From Nitrosopumilus sp. (GTDB lineage Archaea; Thermoproteota; Nitrososphaeria; Nitrososphaerales; Nitrosopumilaceae): a DNA stretch of 64,000 nt. This document shows positions 1 through 7,990 of the stretch, one piece after another (position 1 is the first letter of the stretch; each line of letters opens with the position of its first letter). The notes under the pieces were generated by a model. It ran no database searches and had not been told where the DNA came from. It was given only the letters and a program-made list of their open reading frames with translations. A program made the translations under genes and the position numbers. Location of the stretch: assembly GCA_965204345.1 (NCBI GenBank), contig OZ241981.1, positions 800,001-864,000 on the forward strand, given 5' to 3'.

Positions 1-1777
1 GTTCGTCATTATACATTGTAATCTTATGCGTATTTACTTCAACGTAAAGATCTAGCCAAGCTTTTTCAGGAATTGCCCAGGTAGTGGATAATCTTTCTGC
101 ATATTCTCGAATTATTATAAACCTATTATCTTTAGAGATCTGAAGAGCTGTTTCTGTTTGAATTGGATTAGGATCAAGTAATACCGTAGTTTTTTCTGTA
201 AAATCAGAAACAGCTTCCAGTAACTCTTGTCCTGCACCAGTTATTGTTTGAATGTTGTAAATAATTTTACTGTATGCGTTGTGTAAGAATGGGCTTAATG
301 TACTTAGTCCAGTAAACTGAAAATCATGTTCAAACCCTTCTTTCAGATACCCATGAAGATCTAGCAGGCTTGAATCAAGAGAATAATTTGGAATAGGAAC
401 AATTTTTTCCTCTGTTCTATTTTTTTTTATCTCAGGCTTTGGTGAATATTTTGTAACAAATTCATTCCATTTTTTGTTTCTGTCATTAATAAAATTAACA
501 TATTTAGGATTTTCATTTATTAACTCAGATTCTATTCGTATTAGACCTAAGAGAAACAAGGGATTTTTAAAAATACCAAATACGCTGCTGGATCTGTTAA
601 CTGTGATTTTAATTTTGTCATGGGAATGATTTATTTGATAAACTCCTTTGTCCGTGTCTTGGAACTCTAGATCCAGATTAAGATTGCCTTTATGTACTGT
701 AAAATTACTTGCCTTTCTGAGTAACGATTTTGCGTTGGATGCACTCATTCTCGTATCCAATGGTTTTTCAAGATTTGTTTTTAAATCATGGTCAAACACA
801 GATTTAATTTCGGAGATGTCTGTTTTTGATGTAGAACTGCGAAGGGTTTTCACTACAGCTGGATCATTTTTAAATCCTGATACAGCTTCGTTGTATTCTA
901 ATGAATCCTCTAAGAATCCAGTCTTGTGAAAGTTAACTGGAATGTGATCAAGATGTATCTCGCCAATTATTTTTGCCACCTCTGGATGATGCCTTATTCC
1001 AAATTTAGCAAATGCCTTTATCAATCGCCCCTTTTTGTATATGTGCACTCCATAGTCTCCTTTAATGGAACGCTTCTCTAGTAAGCCAATCCATCCATTT
1101 ATCTGATTGCCACTTGGAAGTTTTATTGAGATTTTTTGTTTTGTTCCTTTTTTTGGCTCAGGCTCTACTGGAACGCACTCTGTTGTGTTTATTTTGATTC
1201 GGATCTGCTTGTTTTTGATATATGGTCCATATCTTATTCCAAAGCTTCTTTTGAAGTTTGAGATCTGGTTTGGGTATAATGGCACCCTTAGATTGCCTAT
1301 TGCAACTCTAGTTCCATGCCAATCTTTATTTTCATCTTCTTCTTTGATTTCAAAATTAGTCCATTTTTTTGATTTGTCACTTAACCATTGCTGTTCATCA
1401 TATTCTGCCGTTAACTTGGATGCAGTATTTGGCTTTCTTGTTGTTACGACAAATATTTTGCCCAAGTTAGAGCATGCACTTTTCATGCCTATGCCAAACT
1501 GACCAAGCTTTTCACCTTCCTTTTTTGTTTCTTTTGCAATGGTCAGGGCATCCTTTAATTCATCAAAATTCATTCCTTGTCCGTCATCGGAGACAACAAT
1601 TAGTTTTTCATTAAAATTCAGATTAACGTTAATGGATTCTGTAATTCCTTTAATCCGTGCATCAATTGAATTGTCTAGCAGTTCTGCTATTGCTTGCTCG
1701 GTTCTGTATCCCGTAAGGCCTAATTTTTTGATGAGACTCTTATCAGGTGTGATATCTACGTTTTTCTTTTTGGTCAG
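1..1777 (-). CDS. GHKL (MORC/Hsp90-like) ATPase with C-terminal AbiEi/DUF6577-like domain; runs off the window edge
   Basis: Manual translation, open from 1801 to the edge (>590 aa): LTKKKNVDITPDKSL...AIAELLDNSIDA...VSDDGQGM...GQFGIGMKSA (GHKL motifs); C-terminal FTGLSTLSPFL...VLLDP...IIIRE...AIPEKAWLDL. No in-frame ATG near the 5' end; CTG at 1777 lies ~25-30 bp below a TATA box. Confidence 0.85.
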   Translation of the reverse strand, partial: MTKKKNVDITPDKSLIKKLGLTGYRTEQAIAELLDNSIDARIKGITESINVNLNFNEKLIVVSDDGQGMNFDELKDALTIAKETKKEGEKLGQFGIGMKSACSNLGKIFVVTTRKPNTASKLTAEYDEQQWLSDKSKKWTNFEIKEEDENKDWHGTRVAIGNLRVPLYPNQISNFKRSFGIRYGPYIKNKQIRIKINTTECVPVEPEPKKGTKQKISIKLPSGNQINGWIGLLEKRSIKGDYGVHIYKKGRLIKAFAKFGIRHHPEVAKIIGEIHLDHIPVNFHKTGFLEDSLEYNEAVSGFKNDPAVVKTLRSSTSKTDISEIKSVFDHDLKTNLEKPLDTRMSASNAKSLLRKASNFTVHKGNLNLDLEFQDTDKGVYQINHSHDKIKITVNRSSSVFGIFKNPLFLLGLIRIESELINENPKYVNFINDRNKKWNEFVTKYSPKPEIKKNRTEEKIVPIPNYSLDSSLLDLHGYLKEGFEHDFQFTGLSTLSPFLHNAYSKIIYNIQTITGAGQELLEAVSDFTEKTTVLLDPNPIQTETALQISKDNRFIIIREYAERLSTTWAIPEKAWLDLYVEVNTHKITMYNDE

Positions 1778-1793
1778 ATCTAAGATCGTAACA

Positions 1794-1816
1794 TGCGAAT
1801 ATTATATATTTTCGCA
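1794..1816. promoter_or_regulatory. Inverted repeat TGCGAA-N11-TTCGCA straddling the TATA box of the ATPase gene
   Basis: tgcgaa 1794-1799 and ttcgca 1811-1816 flank tattatatatt; ATGCGAAT recurs in both 36-bp repeats. Confidence 0.5.
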
Positions 1817-1851
1817 GTTTTTGTTCATAAAATTATAAACCCTGATTGACT

Positions 1852-1958
1852 GTTATAATGCGAATTATTGGGATCCAAAATTTTCAGCACCTAAAGATGG
1901 TTGACTTTGAGGATGCAGTCGAGTTATAATGCGAATTATTGGGATCCAAAATTTTCAG
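1852..1958. repeat. Two identical 36-bp direct repeats separated by a 35-bp unique spacer (CRISPR-like geometry, no cas genes in window)
   Basis: GTTATAATGCGAATTATTGGGATCCAAAATTTTCAG at 1852-1887 and 1923-1958; spacer 1888-1922. Confidence 0.9.
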
Positions 1959-2005
1959 AGTATCCGAAAAAGAAGTAATAATAGGGAAAATTGCATAAAG
2001 TCAAC

Positions 2006-3367
2006 ATGAAATTCAGATTAGATCAGGATTCGCTTGGAAAAATCAAAATTCCAGCAGATGCATACTATGGACCATTTACAGGAAGAGCAATCAGGCAGTA
2101 CCACGTAACTGGCAATAAAAGCCATGAGAACTTGATCAGGGCATTTGTGATGATAAAGCGATCCGCAGCAATTGCAAACATGAAAACCAAGGCCATAGAT
2201 ACAAAACGAGGCAAGGCAATTGTTTTGGCCTGTGATAAAGTACTGTCTGGAAAATATGTGGATCAATTTGTTGTAGATATGATAAATTCCGGAGCAGGTA
2301 CAGCTTTTAACATGAATTCAAACGAAGTAATTTCAAATGTTGCATTAGAAGTACTTTGCAAGAAAAAAGGCCAATATGAGTTTCTGCACCCAAATGACCA
2401 TGTCAACATGTCACAATCAAGTAATGACACATATCCTACTGCAATGCATGTTGCAATTTTGATAAATCTAAAGGACACAGTCTCTGCTGTAGATGTTTTG
2501 ATAAAATCATTATCTAAAAAGGCAAAACAATTTTCATCATTTAAAAAAATTGGAAGAACACACCTTATGGATGCACTGCCAGTTACATTAGGTAGCGAGT
2601 TTGACGCATATGCTACATCAGTTACCAAAGCAAGAAAAGAGATCATGGATGCACAAAAAGAGCTGCAACATGTCGCACTAGGCGGAACAGCTGTAGGAAC
2701 AGGAGCCAACACGCCAAAAGGGTATAGAAAAATTGCAATATCGGAATTAGGAAAAATTGCAAAACTGCCATTAAAGCCAGAAAAAGACATGCAGCATGGC
2801 TTACAAAGCAAGTTTGCGGTTGTAAATTTGTCAAGTGCGTTACGAAACTTGGCATTAGAGGTAGGGAAAATTGCAAATGATGTCAGGCTAATGGCATCAG
2901 GTCCAATTGCAGGATTGGCAGAGTTGGGAATACCGGCAGTTCATGCAGGCTCATCCATCATGCCTGGAAAAATAAACCCGTCGCTGGCCGAATGCATGAA
3001 CATGGTTTGCTTTAACATCATTGGAAATGATACAGCAGTATCATATGCAGCACAAGGCGGGCAGCTTGAGCTTAACGTCATGTTGCCGGGAATGCTAAAA
3101 TGCATGTTAGAGTCAACAGACATGATTAAAAACTTCTTTCCAATATTTTCTGCAAATCTAATTGACGGACTGACAGCAAACAAGGACAAGTTGCGTGAAT
3201 ATATTGAAAACAGTCCAGTAATTGTTACATTGTTAACTCCAAAGATAGGATATCTAAAATCTGCCGAACTTTTCAAAGAATCACTAAAAACTGGAAAAAC
3301 TATCAGAGAGCTTGTTGTTTCAAAGAAACTAATGAGCAGCAAAGAGATCGATTCTTTATTCTGTTAA
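2006..3367 (+). CDS. Class II fumarate hydratase / aspartate ammonia-lyase family
   Basis: HPNDHVNMSQSSND, KIGRTHLMDA, GSSIMPGKIN signature; ATG at 2006 preferred. Confidence 0.9.
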   Translation: MKFRLDQDSLGKIKIPADAYYGPFTGRAIRQYHVTGNKSHENLIRAFVMIKRSAAIANMKTKAIDTKRGKAIVLACDKVLSGKYVDQFVVDMINSGAGTAFNMNSNEVISNVALEVLCKKKGQYEFLHPNDHVNMSQSSNDTYPTAMHVAILINLKDTVSAVDVLIKSLSKKAKQFSSFKKIGRTHLMDALPVTLGSEFDAYATSVTKARKEIMDAQKELQHVALGGTAVGTGANTPKGYRKIAISELGKIAKLPLKPEKDMQHGLQSKFAVVNLSSALRNLALEVGKIANDVRLMASGPIAGLAELGIPAVHAGSSIMPGKINPSLAECMNMVCFNIIGNDTAVSYAAQGGQLELNVMLPGMLKCMLESTDMIKNFFPIFSANLIDGLTANKDKLREYIENSPVIVTLLTPKIGYLKSAELFKESLKTGKTIRELVVSKKLMSSKEIDSLFC

Positions 3368-3370
3368 AAC

Positions 3371-4639
3371 ATGGCAAAAATTTTTGTAGAAGCTTACGGC
3401 TGTTCGGCTAGCTTTGCAGATTCAGAGATGATTTCAGGATTGATTCAAAATGGCGGACATGTGTTAACAGACAATTCCTCAGAGTCTGATCTAAACATCA
3501 TAGTAACATGTTCAGTTAAAGATTCGACTGCAAACAAAATGATGTATAGGATTAATTCATTAAAAACAAAGCCGCTTATCGTAGCAGGTTGCCTTCCAAA
3601 GGCAGAAAAAGAGACAGTTGAAAAATTCTCAGAAAATGCCAGTTTGTTAGGACCAAACTCATTAGGAAAAACGCTCCAAGTTATCAACTCCGCATTAAGA
3701 GGGCAAAAACAAATTGCATTAGAGGATTCAGATTTGTCAAAGGTAGGATTGCCCAAAGTTAGACTTAATCCCACAGTAGGAATTGTGGAAATTGCAAGTG
3801 GATGCATGAGTGAATGCACATTTTGTCAGACTAAATTATCAAAAGGAGATCTTGTAAGCTATAGGCTGGGAGACATAGTAAGACAAGTTCAAACAGAAGT
3901 TAGAGAGGGATGCAAGGAAGTGTGGTTAACATCTACGGATAATGGATGTTATGGGTTTGACATTGGGACAGATTTACCAACTTTGATAAACTCGATTTCT
4001 GAAATTCCAGAGGACTTTATGATTAGGGTGGGCATGATGAATCCAATGTATATGCCAAGGATTAAGGAAAAGCTGATTGACGCATATGATAGTAACAAAG
4101 TTTTCAAATTTTTACATCTTCCAGTACAGAGCGGGAGTGATAGGGTTCTTCAGGATATGAAGCGTGGTCATACAGCAGAAACTTTTAGGGAAATCGTCAG
4201 AAAAATCAGAGAGAGATTTGATGACTTTACCATATCTACAGATATCATTGTAGGGTTTCCTTCAGAAACAGAAAAAGAATTTCAAAAGACAGTATCATTA
4301 CTTGATGAAATAAGGCCAGATTCGGTAAATTTGTCCAAATATAGTGCAAGACCCGGAACAGATGCTGCAGAATGGGAGCAAATTAATGCAGCAGAAATTA
4401 AACGAAGAAGCAAGATAGTTTTTGAACAGATCAATAAACTATCGATAAAAAGTAATCAAAACTGGATCGGCTGGAGGGGCAAGGTGCTATTTGATGAACA
4501 GACAGATGAGGGAATTAAGGGTAGGAATTTTGCATACAAGCCTATAGCAGTTACGGAAGAAGTAAAAATTGGGCAATCACACACAGTAGAGATTACAGAT
4601 GCCACTATCAAAAGACTGATCGGTAAGATCGTAAGCTAA
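3371..4639 (+). CDS. tRNA t6A37 methylthiotransferase (MiaB-like radical SAM, archaeal MtaB/CDKAL1 type)
   Basis: N-terminal YGC, TCSVK, AGCLP; CxxxCxxC (CMSECTFC); LHLPVQSGS; C-terminal TRAM-like region. Confidence 0.88.
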   Translation: MAKIFVEAYGCSASFADSEMISGLIQNGGHVLTDNSSESDLNIIVTCSVKDSTANKMMYRINSLKTKPLIVAGCLPKAEKETVEKFSENASLLGPNSLGKTLQVINSALRGQKQIALEDSDLSKVGLPKVRLNPTVGIVEIASGCMSECTFCQTKLSKGDLVSYRLGDIVRQVQTEVREGCKEVWLTSTDNGCYGFDIGTDLPTLINSISEIPEDFMIRVGMMNPMYMPRIKEKLIDAYDSNKVFKFLHLPVQSGSDRVLQDMKRGHTAETFREIVRKIRERFDDFTISTDIIVGFPSETEKEFQKTVSLLDEIRPDSVNLSKYSARPGTDAAEWEQINAAEIKRRSKIVFEQINKLSIKSNQNWIGWRGKVLFDEQTDEGIKGRNFAYKPIAVTEEVKIGQSHTVEITDATIKRLIGKIVS

Positions 4640-4712
4640 TTTTTTTCGATCTAAAATTTGATTAAAAAAACGTAAGAAGGTTTTTTATCTAAATCACGAA
4701 TTAAGATTAGAA

Positions 4713-5657
4713 ATGAGTTTTCAAGTCAAATATCCAATTTTAGTCATAGGCCTTGGAGGCGTAGGCTCAAAACTGGCTGGTGAGGCTAAAAATGCATTAA
4801 ATTCAGATTGCTTGATAATTAGTAATGACAAGAAGGATTGTTCCTCAGAAAACCCTTCGGTACATATTTCAACGGACTCGGTAATTAATCCGTCTGTTCA
4901 GTTAATCAGAGGCTCAACTTACAATAGTGTTGAAGAAATAAAATCAAAGATTGCAGAATATTCCACAGTAGTATTGATGAGTAATTTAGCAGGCAAAACA
5001 GGTTCAGCAATTGCACCTGTAGTCTCAGAGATATGTAAAGAATCAGACATCGGGTTAATCTCATTTGCAGTAATGCCTTTCAAATATGAAAAAGATAGGA
5101 TTTTCAATTCAGGTATTTCTCTAAAAAGAGTAAGAGAAAACTCACAATGCACCATAGTCTTAGATAATGATTCGTTGTTAGAAAGTAATCCGGATCTAAG
5201 TCCTAAAGCATGCTATGATATTGCAAATTCTGCAATGATACACGTAGTAAAATCACTTGGCACATCTGAAATATCAAATGAGACAAACATTCTATCCACA
5301 AGCAAGGATGGACAAAAAATAGAAGATTCACTAAGGGATTCACTTAAAATGCTATACGGAAACGCATCACCAAATTCAGTTAAACGTTCAATGCTGTATG
5401 TAGTAGGAGGAAGTAACATCCCAGTAGGAGTAATCAACTCAATCACTAGTTTAACTTCAGGAATTGTTAGTGAAAGCAGTGCACAAATTGATATGGTATC
5501 AGAAGAATCCAAAGTTGTTATGCTATCATCAATACAAGGAATGACAAAGTTTGACAATTATGATCCATTAGGAATGATTTCACAAGAAGACACTCTTGAT
5601 TGGTCAAAACCAGAATGCAGTATTGACTATAAATTAGACTTGTATCAATTAGAATAA
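4713..5657 (+). CDS. ftsZ: Divergent thaumarchaeal FtsZ/tubulin-family GTPase
   Basis: VIGLGGVG, variant signature loop LAGKTGSA, VMPFKYE, VLDND. Confidence 0.85.
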   Translation: MSFQVKYPILVIGLGGVGSKLAGEAKNALNSDCLIISNDKKDCSSENPSVHISTDSVINPSVQLIRGSTYNSVEEIKSKIAEYSTVVLMSNLAGKTGSAIAPVVSEICKESDIGLISFAVMPFKYEKDRIFNSGISLKRVRENSQCTIVLDNDSLLESNPDLSPKACYDIANSAMIHVVKSLGTSEISNETNILSTSKDGQKIEDSLRDSLKMLYGNASPNSVKRSMLYVVGGSNIPVGVINSITSLTSGIVSESSAQIDMVSEESKVVMLSSIQGMTKFDNYDPLGMISQEDTLDWSKPECSIDYKLDLYQLE

Positions 5658-5692
5658 AACTAAATTTTAAAATTATAATTTTTTAAGAATAA

Positions 5693-6433
5693 TTATTCTT
5701 CTTTCTTTGGTGTCTCTTTAGCTGGCTCTTCTTTGTTTGGTGCCTCTTTGGCAGGTTCTTCTACTTTGTTTGGCGGTGTCTCTTTAGCTGGCTCTTCTTT
5801 GTTTGGTGCCTCTTTGGCAGGTTCTTCTACTTTGTTTGGCGGTGTCTCTTTAGCTGGCTCTTCTACTTTGTTTGGAGGTGTCTCTTTGGCTGGCTCTTCT
5901 ACTTTGTTTGGCGGTGTCTCTTTAGCTGGTTCTTCTTTGTTTGGTGCCTCTTTGGCTGGTTCTTCTACTTTGTTTGCTGCCTCTTCAGATAACTCCTCTT
6001 TGTTTGGTGCATCTTCAGCTAGTTCTTCGTTGCTTGGTGCATCTTTGGCTAGTTCGTCTTTGTTTGGTGCATCTTTGGCTAGTTCTTCGTTGCTTGGTGC
6101 ATCTTTGGCTGACTCTTCTGCCTTGTCAGAAACTTTTGTGGTTTCTTTTTCAGGAACAACCTTAGTCTCTGCATCCTCATCATATCGTGAAACAAGAACA
6201 TATCCCTCATCAGTTTTACTCATTCTAACTCTAACTTTTCTTGGAGGACTTCTAACTCCTCTGGCCCAAACTTCTTGGGCTAATTCTTCTTCAATTTTGA
6301 TTGTTTGAACTTTCATGTGATGTTGGGCAAATTCCCTAATCATGTTAATTGCCCTAACAGACCTATGTTGAGATTGTGATAGTTTTACTTTGCCTAGATT
6401 AATTGTATAGACCCGTTCTAATTCTTGAGACAT
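5693..6433 (-). CDS. rpl31e: 50S ribosomal protein L31e with long repetitive C-terminal tail
   Basis: ERVYTINL...RAINMIREF...VWARGVRSPPRKVRV; coupled to rpl39e. Confidence 0.93.
   Translation of the reverse strand: MSQELERVYTINLGKVKLSQSQHRSVRAINMIREFAQHHMKVQTIKIEEELAQEVWARGVRSPPRKVRVRMSKTDEGYVLVSRYDEDAETKVVPEKETTKVSDKAEESAKDAPSNEELAKDAPNKDELAKDAPSNEELAEDAPNKEELSEEAANKVEEPAKEAPNKEEPAKETPPNKVEEPAKETPPNKVEEPAKETPPNKVEEPAKEAPNKEEPAKETPPNKVEEPAKEAPNKEEPAKETPKKEE
5700..6112 (-). repeat. Composite 30/36-bp coding tandem repeat in L31e tail
   Basis: Repeats of PAKETPPNKVEE, PAKEAPNKEE and LAKDAP(S/N)(N/K)(E/D)E. Confidence 0.9.
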
Positions 6434-6592
6434 TTATCCTACCTCCACATCAGTTGATCTCCAAGCCCTACGCTTTGGATTTGTTCTAACACTTCTCTTA
6501 GTTTTGAGAATAATCCATGCAGGTATTGCAGACGTCTGTTTAGTCTTCTTCAATAGACGAATTTTCCTTGGAGAGGACTTGCGTGCAGCCAT
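6434..6592 (-). CDS. rpl39e: 50S ribosomal protein L39e (52 aa, not in ORF track)
   Basis: MAARKSSPRKIRLLKKTKQTSAIPAWIILKTKRSVRTNPKRRAWRSTDVEVG; abuts rpl31e start. Confidence 0.95.
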   Translation of the reverse strand: MAARKSSPRKIRLLKKTKQTSAIPAWIILKTKRSVRTNPKRRAWRSTDVEVG

Positions 6593-6629
6593 AGATTTTC
6601 AGGCACAGAGAGCTCTTTTTAAATGAATC

Positions 6630-7178
6630 TCAGGATTTTAGGCAATCTCGAATCTGTTTTAATATTCTGGCCGAAGCCCCCCACACAATTTGATTTTGAT
6701 ATTCAAAGGTATACATTTCTTGGATTAAGTTATGAGATGGATCAGAATCCTTTGCCTGAGTTTTTAAAAAAGATTCCAAAGGAATGTGAAAAATTTTTTC
6801 AACCTCAGCATTGGTGTGCAATGTAGGTATCTTGTCAATTACAGATACAAATGGTAAAATCATAAAACCGGAATTTAGCGTTACAACCGGTTCTAACTGA
6901 CCAACGATTTGCGGCTTGGTTATTGTTAGTCCTATTTCTTCACTAGTTTCACGTAATGCCGTCTCCAGGAGATCTGAATCATCAGAATCTAATTTACCGC
7001 CTGGAAATGAAATTTCACCTGCATGGAACTTCATATGTTTTGGTTTTTCAGTCATTACGACAATGGGCTCTTGGCCATAAATTACTACAAGTACTGATGC
7101 CAGGCGATATCTTCTATCAAACTCAATCTTGGGATTAATGTCAGTAGAAAGACGGGATTTTAATTCATCTAAGAGCAT
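6630..7178 (-). CDS. Nudix hydrolase, CoA pyrophosphatase type
   Basis: HAGEISFPGG, ALRETSEEIG Nudix box, IVWGASA. Confidence 0.9.
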   Translation of the reverse strand: MLLDELKSRLSTDINPKIEFDRRYRLASVLVVIYGQEPIVVMTEKPKHMKFHAGEISFPGGKLDSDDSDLLETALRETSEEIGLTITKPQIVGQLEPVVTLNSGFMILPFVSVIDKIPTLHTNAEVEKIFHIPLESFLKTQAKDSDPSHNLIQEMYTFEYQNQIVWGASARILKQIRDCLKS

Positions 7179-7252
7179 GGGGGTTTTATCCTACCAATCC
7201 ATATGGGTTTTATTATTCAAAGGTTTTAACCAAGGGCAGAAGAATTGAAAAT

Positions 7253-7990
7253 ATGACAATAAGGTATGAAGCTAACCCGCCAAAAATTCTGCCAAACGTA
7301 GATACAAATGAATCAATCCAAAAATTTGTAAATAAAACAAAAATTATTTCAAAAAAATGTGATGCAATTCATATAACTGAAAATGTATTGGGATTTGAGA
7401 GGGTTTCGCCGATTAAAGTCGGGAAAATCATCAAGAAGGAAATTCCAGAGTTGCCAATTACTGTCAGCCTAAGGGTCAGGGACAAAAACGAGGCAGAGAT
7501 TTTAGAATTTGCAGACAAGTGTGCTGCCATAGGTTTTGCGGGTATTTTGATACTAATGGGAGATCATTCCCAAACAGAAAAAGAGGATTCAGGCCAAATT
7601 CCAAGTTCGGTAGTAAAGAGACTAAAGGAGCAGGGAATTGATTCAAAGATTGACCTGTATCTTTCAATATCAAACAAGCCTAATTTCTCCAAAATTGTAA
7701 AAAAGCTGGATGCAAAACCCAAAGGCTTTATGACACAGGTTATTCAAAATATTGAACAGGTCCAAAATTTATCAAGCAATCTGAAAGGATTTTCACTAGT
7801 TCCAATTCTGCTATACCCATCACCTAAAAATGAAAGATCTGCAAAATTTTTGAATTTGGATTTGACATCATATGGCCAGGAATTCGAGGAGCTAGTACAC
7901 AAGACACACGAGATAACAGGAGACGTATTGATTACATCCCCTAATGACTTTGGCGGATTAAATGAATTCTTGGAAAAGTTATCCAATTAG
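7253..7990 (+). CDS. Methylenetetrahydrofolate reductase-like protein
   Basis: YEANPPK, IHITEN, VRDKN, ILILMGD, FMTQ; converges on metH. Confidence 0.75.
   Translation: MTIRYEANPPKILPNVDTNESIQKFVNKTKIISKKCDAIHITENVLGFERVSPIKVGKIIKKEIPELPITVSLRVRDKNEAEILEFADKCAAIGFAGILILMGDHSQTEKEDSGQIPSSVVKRLKEQGIDSKIDLYLSISNKPNFSKIVKKLDAKPKGFMTQVIQNIEQVQNLSSNLKGFSLVPILLYPSPKNERSAKFLNLDLTSYGQEFEELVHKTHEITGDVLITSPNDFGGLNEFLEKLSN

Noticed and set aside
648-1838. Three plus-strand ORFs in the track
   Set aside because: Antisense shadows of the minus-strand GHKL ATPase, which the track missed because it runs off the edge.
1852-1958. Calling this a bona fide CRISPR array
   Set aside because: Only two repeats, no cas genes or clear leader in the window; kept as a repeat and a hypothesis.
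5733-6308. 191-aa GASLAGSS-repeat ORF
   Set aside because: Antisense reading of the L31e repeat.
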